Made by a program: the position numbers and the translations under genes. A model generated the notes under the pieces. The model was not told the DNA's origin. It was given only the letters and a program-made list of their open reading frames with translations, and did not search any database. A DNA stretch of 64,000 nucleotides from Acidimicrobiia bacterium (lineage in GTDB: Bacteria > Acidobacteriota > Vicinamibacteria > Vicinamibacterales > CAVVIG01), in NCBI GenBank assembly GCA_016871175.1, contig VFZL01000015.1:37936-101935 (forward strand). Direction: 5' to 3'. This document shows, in pieces, positions 40,482-48,684 of the stretch (position 1 is the first letter of the stretch; every line of letters starts with the position of its first letter).

Positions 40482-41828
40482 CTACTCGTGCCTGTGCATC
40501 GCGGAGGCGTGCTTCGTGTCACGCATGCTGACGTAGACAAGCAGTGAGACAGCGATGACGGCGGTCAAGTAATAGTAGAACCAGTGCTCCACGCCGATCG
40601 ACTTGAACCACAGCGCGATCGATTCGGCCGTGCCGCCGAACAGCGCTACCGTGATCGCATAGGGCAGTCCGACGCCGGTGGCTCGAACGCGCGTCGGGAA
40701 CAGCTCCGCCTTGACCACCGCGTTGATCGATGTGTAGCCGGCGACGATGAGCCAGGCCGTGGCGATGAGGAGGAAGGCCACGAACGCGCTCTTGGTGGAC
40801 TGCAGCGCGTAGAGCAGCGGGATCGTGAAGAGCGTGCCCGTGACGCCGAACCACACCAGCAGGGGCTTGCGGCCGATCCGATCCGACAGCGCACCGTACG
40901 TCGGTTGCAGAATCAGTGCGAACAACAACGATCCTGCCGTCACCATCGTCGTCTGCCCGTCCGTCAAACCGACGGACAACTTCAGGAACTTCTGCATGTA
41001 CGTCGTGTACGTGTAAAAGGCGGTCGTACCGCCCATCGTGAGTCCCACGACGACCAGAACCTCGCGCGGGTAGCGCATGAGCGCGCGCACGGAGCTCTCG
41101 TGACGTGCCACATGCTTCGAGGCGTTGAAGTGATCGGTCTCGTGCAGGTTTCGCCGCATGAGGAGCGCGGTGACGGCCAGCAGCGCGCCGATCGCAAAGG
41201 GGATGCGCCATCCCCAGGCGCGAAGCTGCTCCGGCGTCAGGAACAGCTGTTCGAGAATCAGCAAGACGAGGATGGCACAGAGCTGTCCGCCGATGAGCGT
41301 CACGTACTGGAAGCTGGAATAGAAGCCTCGGTGCTTCTCGTCCGCGACCTCGCTCAGGTAGGTCGCGCTCGTGCCGTATTCACCCCCGAGGCTGAGCCCT
41401 TGCAGCATCCGCGCGAGGCCCAGCAAGACGGGCGCGGCCACGCCGATCGACGCGTAGGTCGGCAGCACCGCAATCATCAGTGAACCGAAGCACATGAGCA
41501 GGACCGACAGCATCAAGGCCTTTCGTCGGCCGTACTGATCGCCGAGGTGACCGAAGAGCCATCCGCCGATCGGTCGGACGATGAAGCCGATCGCGAAGAG
41601 AATCGCGGAGTTGAGCTGCTGCACCACCGGATCGTTACCGGGGAAGAACGACCCGGCGAAGTACAGCGCGAACGCCGCGTACGCGTAGAAGTCGTACCAC
41701 TCGACCAGGTTGCCGACCGAGCCGACGAAGATCGCTTTCAACCGACGTCGGACGTCGGCTAGATCGAGCGACTCGTCTCGTGCGTGGGCGGTCGCTACCG
41801 CAGCGCGTGCGCGTCCCGAACTGGACAT
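40482..41828 (-). CDS. kgtP: MFS metabolite:H+ symporter, alpha-ketoglutarate permease-like
   Basis: GSVGNLVEWYDFY, QGLSLGGEYGTSATYLSE, RGFYSSFQYVT, WGWRIPF, VKAELFP. Confidence 0.85.
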   Translation of the reverse strand: MSSSGRARAAVATAHARDESLDLADVRRRLKAIFVGSVGNLVEWYDFYAYAAFALYFAGSFFPGNDPVVQQLNSAILFAIGFIVRPIGGWLFGHLGDQYGRRKALMLSVLLMCFGSLMIAVLPTYASIGVAAPVLLGLARMLQGLSLGGEYGTSATYLSEVADEKHRGFYSSFQYVTLIGGQLCAILVLLILEQLFLTPEQLRAWGWRIPFAIGALLAVTALLMRRNLHETDHFNASKHVARHESSVRALMRYPREVLVVVGLTMGGTTAFYTYTTYMQKFLKLSVGLTDGQTTMVTAGSLLFALILQPTYGALSDRIGRKPLLVWFGVTGTLFTIPLLYALQSTKSAFVAFLLIATAWLIVAGYTSINAVVKAELFPTRVRATGVGLPYAITVALFGGTAESIALWFKSIGVEHWFYYYLTAVIAVSLLVYVSMRDTKHASAMHRHE

Positions 41829-41862
41829 GGAAACCTCGATTGGTCGCAGGGTGAGTCGTGGA

Positions 41863-42348
41863 TCATTGTGCCGGGATTTTCAGGAGCACATAGGTGATGT
41901 GGCCGCCCTTGGGCACGAGAAAGCTGTGCGGGATGCCGGCCGGGATATGGAGGATGTCGCCGGCGCCCAAGGAATGGCGATCGCCACCGTCCAGTGTCGT
42001 GCCGACCCACTCCCCTGGAGTCGTCGCACGCCTACCGGCCATCGTGCCTCCCAGCATCAACGTGCCGGTCCCGCTTTGCACGTACACGATGTCGATGATC
42101 GCATCGTGCTGCTCGGGATTGCCGTCGGCGTCGCGATACAGCATCCGGAAGCGGTGGTCACCATAGTCGGCGAGCGTCTCGCGCGACGAGTGATCGGCGC
42201 CGATGTGCTTCGAGAGCTCCGCATCGTGTTTCTGCAGCTCCGTTGCGGTCCAGTGCTTGAAGCCAGGCGGATCGGCCGCCCTGACGAACGCGACCGCAAT
42301 CACGCCGAGCGCCGCTGTCAGGCTCCATGTCAACATGTGCGCTCGCAT
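41863..42348 (-). CDS. Secreted cupin domain protein
   Basis: Signal peptide; PEQH..DIVYVQSG..GDILHIPAGIPH. Confidence 0.75.
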   Translation of the reverse strand: MRAHMLTWSLTAALGVIAVAFVRAADPPGFKHWTATELQKHDAELSKHIGADHSSRETLADYGDHRFRMLYRDADGNPEQHDAIIDIVYVQSGTGTLMLGGTMAGRRATTPGEWVGTTLDGGDRHSLGAGDILHIPAGIPHSFLVPKGGHITYVLLKIPAQ

Positions 42349-42389
42349 TGGCCCTCCTGCCCAGTGACCTGCCCGCCTGCCTACCCGCC

Positions 42390-42794
42390 TTAGAGCTTGT
42401 TCGGGCACCCCGGCCGACAACGGCACGGGATGGACCGCTCGCCGATCGTCTGGTAGTCGTAGGTTAGCTCTTCGCCGCGTCTGATGTGCCGCGCCGCACG
42501 GATCCAAATGGTCTTGTCGACAATCTCGTAGTAGCAGTTCGGCGTGCACGAGTGGTTGATGAACCGGGCGATGTTGCCACCCACGTTCGCATCGCGGCTC
42601 CACACCCGATTCACGCGAAACACCCAGATGTGCCCCTCGACGAAGTACCGATCTTCGCGCTCTTCGCTCTCACTGTTCCGGACGAGCTCGCCCGCGTAGT
42701 CGATGATTCGCGTGTTCTTCGAAATTGACTCTGCCGCAAAAACACCATAGCCGTGAAGTTGAGACCGACGCCGCACGATTCGTGGCATGGTCAT
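42390..42794 (-). CDS. SET domain protein-lysine methyltransferase
   Basis: HGYGVFA, RFINHSCTPN, GEELTYDY, post-SET CRCRPGC. Confidence 0.9.
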   Translation of the reverse strand: MTMPRIVRRRSQLHGYGVFAAESISKNTRIIDYAGELVRNSESEEREDRYFVEGHIWVFRVNRVWSRDANVGGNIARFINHSCTPNCYYEIVDKTIWIRAARHIRRGEELTYDYQTIGERSIPCRCRPGCPNKL

Positions 42795-42839
42795 TGGTCA
42801 TTGGACGTCGGTCGCACGCTCATTGGCCAACGACCATGT

Positions 42840-43496
42840 CTATTTCTTGATCGACGGATGGACATAGCCTGCGGTCAGTGCGCGCTGCGACGGGCGGAAG
42901 CTCAAGTAGTCGACGTGATCCGGGATGTCCGACCACCCGTGCGGCGTGCCGGCCGGTATGATGATGATGTCGCCCACTCTCGCCTGCCGCCTGACTACGT
43001 CGCTTCCCATCATCGCGCCGCTACACGACGGTCCGTTCAGTGTCGTGGTCACGGCGGCTTTCGGATCCGACTTGCGGCCATTGTGGATGTGGCCGCCCGT
43101 CACCATCTCACCCGCGCCGGAGATGATCAGATAGCCTTCCGTCTGCAGATCGTGCGCGATGCCAGACGGCGTGCCTGGGGGGGCGGGGGGACCCGACATG
43201 CCGCAGGGCTCCGGAGTCGCCTGCTGCCCGACTCCGCGCCCTCCACCGGCCGCAGCCGCCGGCGGCTTGCGTGTCGATTCGCGATGGATGACGCCGACCG
43301 CGAAGTTCTCGTGTCCGATGTCCAGCACGGCGATGGTACGGTCGACTCCTGGCGTCTTGTTGACCGCGTCCACGTCTTCCTTGGTGATGTACGTCGCCGG
43401 TTTCGACGACGACCCTGACTGGGCAAGCCCCGCCACGCCGATGAAGGGCAGGAGCGCGATGGCGACCACCAACCCACGACACAGAGATTCCCGCAT
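42840..43496 (-). CDS. Secreted cupin domain protein
   Basis: Signal peptide; GIAHD..EGYLIISG..GDIIIIPAGTPHGW; GGAGG RBS. Confidence 0.75.
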   Translation of the reverse strand: MRESLCRGLVVAIALLPFIGVAGLAQSGSSSKPATYITKEDVDAVNKTPGVDRTIAVLDIGHENFAVGVIHRESTRKPPAAAAGGGRGVGQQATPEPCGMSGPPAPPGTPSGIAHDLQTEGYLIISGAGEMVTGGHIHNGRKSDPKAAVTTTLNGPSCSGAMMGSDVVRRQARVGDIIIIPAGTPHGWSDIPDHVDYLSFRPSQRALTAGYVHPSIKK

Positions 43497-43629
43497 GACA
43501 GGTGCCTCCTCCAGAGCGCCCCAGCCGCGCCACGACTGGGTTGCAGCGGGCACTATAGCAGCCCCACGCCCAGCCTGCGGTAGACTCATGGGTGCCAGAA
43601 TGCGCCTGTCCTGAGGCTCGGGAGGAACC

Positions 43630-44421
43630 ATGACGGCGTCACGGACGCTCGTGGTCGGTCTCTGGATCGTGCTCGCCGCGGCCGCACCGGCCAGAGCCGA
43701 TGGACCAGAGGAGGCCTCTGCGGCTGCCCAGCGGTCCGGACCCGCTCAGGATCCGGCCCCGGACTTCTTCTTCGGCCAGCCTCGCGGCTGGTTCGCGCTG
43801 CGCGGCGGCCTGCTCATGCCGCGCGCCAGCGGCGACTTGTTCACGTTCGTGAGTGAGCAACTCACGGTGTCCCACTCCGACTTTCGTGCGCCGTCGTTCA
43901 ACATGGAGCTCGGGTTCCTGTTGACGGAGAGCCTCGCCGCTGAAGCCGGATTGGACCTGGGACAGCGTACCGTCCACTCCGAGTACCGCCGGTTCATCTC
44001 GTCGACGGGATCGCCGATCACGCAAACCACGAAGCTGGTTCAGAACGGGTTCGTCATCGGTCTGCGCTACACGCCTGCGGGGCAAGGGCAGCGGATCAGT
44101 CGGTTCGCGTTTATCCCGCGCCGCATGACGCCATACGTCGGTGCGGGGCTTCAGGCGGCGTACTACAGCTTCGCGCAGAACGGCAACTTCGTCGACTTCG
44201 TCGACCGATCGATCTTTCCGGACGCGTTCCGGTCCGACGGCTGGGCGATGGGGCCCTATGTACGTGGGGGCGTGGATCTGCAGCTGTGGCGTCGGTTGTA
44301 CGCGAATGGCGACATCCGGTACGCGTGGCTGCGATCGGATTTGAGCCGGGACTTTGTCGGGTTCGACGGAATCGATCTCGCCGGTGCCCGCGCCGCGACC
44401 GGAATCAGCGTCAAGTTCTGA
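43630..44421 (+). CDS. Outer membrane beta-barrel protein
   Basis: GGAGG RBS, signal peptide, alternating strands (PYVGAG, GVDLQL), C-terminal GISVKF. Confidence 0.7.
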   Translation: MTASRTLVVGLWIVLAAAAPARADGPEEASAAAQRSGPAQDPAPDFFFGQPRGWFALRGGLLMPRASGDLFTFVSEQLTVSHSDFRAPSFNMELGFLLTESLAAEAGLDLGQRTVHSEYRRFISSTGSPITQTTKLVQNGFVIGLRYTPAGQGQRISRFAFIPRRMTPYVGAGLQAAYYSFAQNGNFVDFVDRSIFPDAFRSDGWAMGPYVRGGVDLQLWRRLYANGDIRYAWLRSDLSRDFVGFDGIDLAGARAATGISVKF

Positions 44422-44441
44422 TGCGACGAGGAGAGACCATC

Positions 44442-45647
44442 ATGAAAACCGTGATCATCAGCTTCGTCGCGTTGCTGACCGCGTCCTCCGCATTCACGCA
44501 GGCGGCAGCGCCAGGCGTCCACGCATCCGCCTGGTTCGGTTGCTGGGTTCCGGCCGAAAGACAGTCGCCCGCCAGGGACGTCCGCGTCTGCGTCGTCCCG
44601 ACGTTACAGGCCGGGGCGCTGCGTCTAATCACCTTCGCCGGTGACGAACAGATCCACGAGGAGACGATCGAAGCCGATGGCGCGAAGCACACGATTGCCG
44701 AAGATCGCTGCAGCGGCGAGCGCGTCAGCCGTTGGTCAGCGTCGGGTACGCGTCTGTTCGTCTCCACCGAGCTGCGCTGCGAAGGACAAGCGCCGCAGCC
44801 CGCGTCGACGCTCTCCATGCTGACCACGCCGGATCGGTGGCTGGAGATCCAGGCCGTGGGACCCAAGGGTCGAGAAGCGGTGCGGACTCGTCGTTACAGT
44901 CGATCCACCGACACGCCGCCTCCCGTGGTGGCCGACCTTTCTCGCGGGGTCTCGCGACCGTTCTCTCTCGTGATGCCGCGGACAACCGTGGACGATGTGG
45001 TGGAAGCGACGAAGGCGGTGTCGATGCCGGTCGTCGAGCTATGGCTGATCGAGACTGAACCGCGGCTGGCGCTCAACCGTCAAGCGCTGCTCAAGCTGTC
45101 GGGCGAGGGTGTGTCCGAGCCGGTCATCGACCTACTCGTCGGCTTGGCGTACCCCAAACGTTTCCAGGTTCGACGCGAGGGGGGTGGCGGCGGCCTAGGC
45201 GGTGGCGGGTTTGGCGGGTTCGGGGGCTTCGATGTGCCGTTCGCATCAGCCATGTACGGCCCTTGGGACTACTGGATGAGCCCCTACGCGATGATGTACT
45301 CGCCGTTCGCCATCCCATGGGGCTACGGGCCTTACGCCGGCTGGGGCGGTTGGGGAAATTGGGGCTGGAACGGCGGGCCATTCTCTCCCGTGGTTGTCGG
45401 CGGTTCTGGTGAGCGCGTCGCGTCTGGGCGGGGTCAGGTCGTCAACGGACAGGGTTATACGCGAGTGGAACCGCAAGGAACGGCATCGGAGAGCGGCTCT
45501 GTCAGCGGCGGCCGCGGCAGCAGTAGCGGTGGGGACTTCGGCGTGTCGTCCTTGGGGGGCTCGAGCGGCGGCGGGAGCGTGTCATCGGGAGGTTACTCGA
45601 GCGGAGGAGGAGGTGGTGGTGGCGGCGCCGTCGCAGTACCACGCTAG
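44442..45647 (+). CDS. Secreted hypothetical protein with Gly/aromatic-rich low-complexity C-terminus
   Basis: Signal peptide MKTVIISF..AFT; four Cys in N-terminal domain; G/Y/W/P-rich then G/S-rich tail. Confidence 0.65.
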   Translation: MKTVIISFVALLTASSAFTQAAAPGVHASAWFGCWVPAERQSPARDVRVCVVPTLQAGALRLITFAGDEQIHEETIEADGAKHTIAEDRCSGERVSRWSASGTRLFVSTELRCEGQAPQPASTLSMLTTPDRWLEIQAVGPKGREAVRTRRYSRSTDTPPPVVADLSRGVSRPFSLVMPRTTVDDVVEATKAVSMPVVELWLIETEPRLALNRQALLKLSGEGVSEPVIDLLVGLAYPKRFQVRREGGGGGLGGGGFGGFGGFDVPFASAMYGPWDYWMSPYAMMYSPFAIPWGYGPYAGWGGWGNWGWNGGPFSPVVVGGSGERVASGRGQVVNGQGYTRVEPQGTASESGSVSGGRGSSSGGDFGVSSLGGSSGGGSVSSGGYSSGGGGGGGGAVAVPR

Positions 45648-45727
45648 CGAGTCAAATCGTGTGTTCTGCGTTTTGAGCGCGTGGGCTCAGAGCTCATGAC
45701 TCACGACTCAGAACTGCGCCACACGGA

Positions 45728-46702
45728 TCAGCGCTTCGAGTAATACACTGCGTCCGGCGGCGGTCCTGCCTTGACGTAGTCGCGGTCCTTATGTGGGTAT
45801 GCTGGCCGCGGCTGCGCAGTGATGAACGCCGCGATGTGTTGCGCCTCCTCATCTGTCAGGCTGCCGGGGTCGAGGTACGGCATCGCGTACCGGATGATGC
45901 CCGCCAGCGTGTAGACGCGTGCCGCGCCGGCGCCGTCGTTCCACGAATCCAGTCCCCAGAGCGGTCCAGCCTTCTTGTCGCCGATCTGTACGCCTTGCCC
46001 GTCCTCGCCGTGGCAGTTCGTGCACTTCTCGAGGAAGAGCGCTTTGCCGTGTGCCGGGTTCAGCTTCGCGACGGGGACCAGCTTGTCCTGTGGAATCGCG
46101 TTCTTCCCGCGCCACGTCGGGTGTTGTCCCTTCTCGTGCCCTCGCGAGAGCCAATCGAGATAGGCCTTAATCGCGACGACTTCTCGAGAATCGGCGGTAG
46201 GGAACGTCGTCGTTACCGCCGTGCCGTTCTCGCTGCGCATGAAGCACTCGATGATTCGGTCTTCGATGGTGAACAGGCGCTCGGCGCGCCGGTTCATCTC
46301 CGGATATGCGGCCGACACACCGACGAGCGGCAGCGCGCGTTCACGTTGCCCGGCGTTCAAGTGACAGTTGCTGCACGACACCTTGCCGCTCGAGATCGCC
46401 GGCGCCTCGGCCTGGGTGTTCGTGAAGATGCGGTAGCCGAGGCGGATCGTGTCCGCATTGGGCAGCGCGTCGAGCGCTTCGTCGTAGATCGGATCGGCGG
46501 GGATGTCCCACGCGCTCACCATGGTCGTGTGCGCCGGTACGAGGGGACCGGCTAGCGCGTAGGGTCGCGGCGGCATCTGGGGGCGTGGCGCTCGATTCGA
46601 CGGCCTGACCGTTTTCCCCTCAGGCGCGGAACACGCCCCGATCAGCGTCGAAACCACCACGGCGAGGAGTGCACGCGAGCGCGTTCGGAGGCCAACGACC
46701 AT
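45728..46702 (-). CDS. tsdA: TsdA-like diheme cytochrome c (thiosulfate dehydrogenase / tetrathionate reductase), lipoprotein
   Basis: Lipobox LIGAC; CSNCH, RIIECFMRSENG (active-site Cys), CTNCH, PLWGLDSWNDGAG, AMP. Confidence 0.8.
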   Translation of the reverse strand: MVVGLRTRSRALLAVVVSTLIGACSAPEGKTVRPSNRAPRPQMPPRPYALAGPLVPAHTTMVSAWDIPADPIYDEALDALPNADTIRLGYRIFTNTQAEAPAISSGKVSCSNCHLNAGQRERALPLVGVSAAYPEMNRRAERLFTIEDRIIECFMRSENGTAVTTTFPTADSREVVAIKAYLDWLSRGHEKGQHPTWRGKNAIPQDKLVPVAKLNPAHGKALFLEKCTNCHGEDGQGVQIGDKKAGPLWGLDSWNDGAGAARVYTLAGIIRYAMPYLDPGSLTDEEAQHIAAFITAQPRPAYPHKDRDYVKAGPPPDAVYYSKR

Positions 46703-46704
46703 GG

Positions 46705-47406
46705 CTAACCGACGTACAAGAAGCTGTACCCGTGTTCCTGCGCCCGGTTCACCGCCACGACACCAGCCGCCACGAGATGGCCGTTGGGCAGCAGGTGAGC
46801 GCTGAGCTCTTTCAGCGCGTCGTCCACGGAGAGCCCGTGGGCTTTGGCGATGTTGGAGGCGTGCAGCCGAGTGGCCAGGCCGCACACCGCGAAGTGGACG
46901 CCCCGCTTGGCCAGCGTGTGCAGCGGAATGTTGCGGTTCGGCAGGGTCTCGTCGAAGCCCGAGGTGTTGTAGACGTTGATCGCCGGCGCTCTCTTCGCCT
47001 TGGGATCCTCGAACTTGAGATGCGCCGCCATCGTCGCGCCGTACTTGGCCCAGATCGCATCGGAGTAGGCGAAGGGCGTTGCCAGGTGTCGCAAGCAGAT
47101 CACGATCGCGACATCCGAGTCGCTGAGGCCGTAGCCGCTCTTGTTGGCGATGAACGTATTGGTGGCAAACGCAATCGCCTCGCCGGCACCCTTGGGGCTC
47201 AGCGCATCCAGGAAGATCCGATGCTTGCCCGGCAGCGTGTCGTACCAGTCGTCCTCGCGGTGGGCGGCGGGTCGAAAGGCGCTCTGCGTCGTTGAATGCG
47301 GCTCCGCGGCGGGCTGCGCCTGCGCGGTGCCTGCGCCAAGGCCCAACGCCCCGAATCCGGCTGACACTCGAGAGAAGAACGATCGGCGGGAGGAGACGTC
47401 GCTCAT
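46705..47406 (-). CDS. Tat-exported DsrE-like protein
   Basis: Twin-arginine SRRSFF signal; RGVHFAVC and VAAGVVAVNRAQEHGYSF resemble DsrE/DsrF-like fold. Confidence 0.65.
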   Translation of the reverse strand: MSDVSSRRSFFSRVSAGFGALGLGAGTAQAQPAAEPHSTTQSAFRPAAHREDDWYDTLPGKHRIFLDALSPKGAGEAIAFATNTFIANKSGYGLSDSDVAIVICLRHLATPFAYSDAIWAKYGATMAAHLKFEDPKAKRAPAINVYNTSGFDETLPNRNIPLHTLAKRGVHFAVCGLATRLHASNIAKAHGLSVDDALKELSAHLLPNGHLVAAGVVAVNRAQEHGYSFLYVG

Positions 47407-47428
47407 GGCCACCCTCTATGCTACTGGA

Positions 47429-48631
47429 CTACCGTGACTCCACGGATGAGACGACGAGGCGCTGCCGTACGGCGTTCGCCAAGCGGTCGATGTCCGTGAT
47501 GTCGTTGTAGATCTGGGCGGAGACGCGCACCCACAGACGACCCGCCGACGCGTGGAGTTGCACCTCGACCCGGTCCTCCTCGAGAAGCGCGAGTCGAAGG
47601 GCGGCCGCGTCGGCGTCGGTGGAACCTGCCGCCTCCGGCAGCGGAACCGTGACCATGGCGCCAATCATCTCCTCCGGTGTCGACAGCCGTGTGTCCCACC
47701 GTGCGGTCAACCGTCGTCCCGCTTCCCACGCGAGGTTGTGTATGTAGTCTCGCACCTGAGGCCATCCCCACTCCCGTAGCAGGGCGACGGCAGCCGGTGC
47801 GCTGAGCGCGCACGTGGGATCGTGCGTCGCGTGCTGCTCGAACTCGGCCAGGAACCCCTTGTCGCGCCCCCACGACACGACCGGATGGTGGAGATCGGCT
47901 TGCCGATCGGGGCGCGCCCAGAGGAAGCCGCAGCTCCTCGGGGTCAGCGCCCACTTATGCAGGTTCGCGGCGTACCAGTCGACGTCGAGGTCGGTGATGT
48001 CCAGGTCGACCGAGCCTGGCGCGTGGGCTCCGTCCACGAGCACGGGCACTCCGCGCGCGTGGCATACCTCGGCGATTTCGGCCACAGGCAGCACGAGCGC
48101 TGTCATTGCCGTCACGTGATCGATGACGGCCAGGCGCGTCCGATCGGTGAGTGCGTCACGGATCGCCGACACGACAGCACCGCTCGATGAGGGAGGAAAG
48201 GGGATCGAGACGGTCCGCACCCGCGCGCCCGTCCGCTGTGCGACCGCGTGCACGGCCATGGTCACCGCCCCGTACGCCAGGTCGGTGATCAGCATCTCGT
48301 CGCCCGACCCGAGTTGGCTCGACTGCAGCACCGCGTTGATGCCGGTGGTGACGTTCGTCACGAACACGAGATCCTCGGCGCGGGCGCCGACGAAGCCGGC
48401 CACCGACCGCGCAGCCTCGCGTAATCGCGACTCCGATCGCCAAGGTGCCGGGAAGGTGCCGGTCAGTTCGCGCAACAGAAACCGCGCGGGCGCCCTTTCC
48501 ATGTCGTCGCGGAACGCCTGCTGCACCGCCAGCACGCGCGTCGGCGTGGCGCCCACCGTGCCGTGATTCAGGTACGCCACCTGAGGGTCGAGATGCCAGT
48601 GCGTCAACATCGTGCGGCCGAATGCAGGCAT
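47429..48631 (-). CDS. Class V PLP enzyme (isopenicillin-N epimerase / L-cysteine desulfhydrase-like)
   Basis: YLNHGTVGATP, VDGAHAPG, NLHKW (PLP Lys), RVSAQIYN. Confidence 0.85.
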   Translation of the reverse strand: MPAFGRTMLTHWHLDPQVAYLNHGTVGATPTRVLAVQQAFRDDMERAPARFLLRELTGTFPAPWRSESRLREAARSVAGFVGARAEDLVFVTNVTTGINAVLQSSQLGSGDEMLITDLAYGAVTMAVHAVAQRTGARVRTVSIPFPPSSSGAVVSAIRDALTDRTRLAVIDHVTAMTALVLPVAEIAEVCHARGVPVLVDGAHAPGSVDLDITDLDVDWYAANLHKWALTPRSCGFLWARPDRQADLHHPVVSWGRDKGFLAEFEQHATHDPTCALSAPAAVALLREWGWPQVRDYIHNLAWEAGRRLTARWDTRLSTPEEMIGAMVTVPLPEAAGSTDADAAALRLALLEEDRVEVQLHASAGRLWVRVSAQIYNDITDIDRLANAVRQRLVVSSVESR

Positions 48632-48684
48632 GCCTCGAATTGTAAAGCCTGCCGTCGCGCGTGGAGGCCGATAACTGGGGCAGC

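Noticed and set aside
41863-43496. Cupins as JmjC-type demethylases paired with the SET writer and a 2-oxoglutarate permease
   Set aside because: Both cupins are short, carry signal peptides and lack a JmjC-size domain, so they would be in a different compartment from the SET protein
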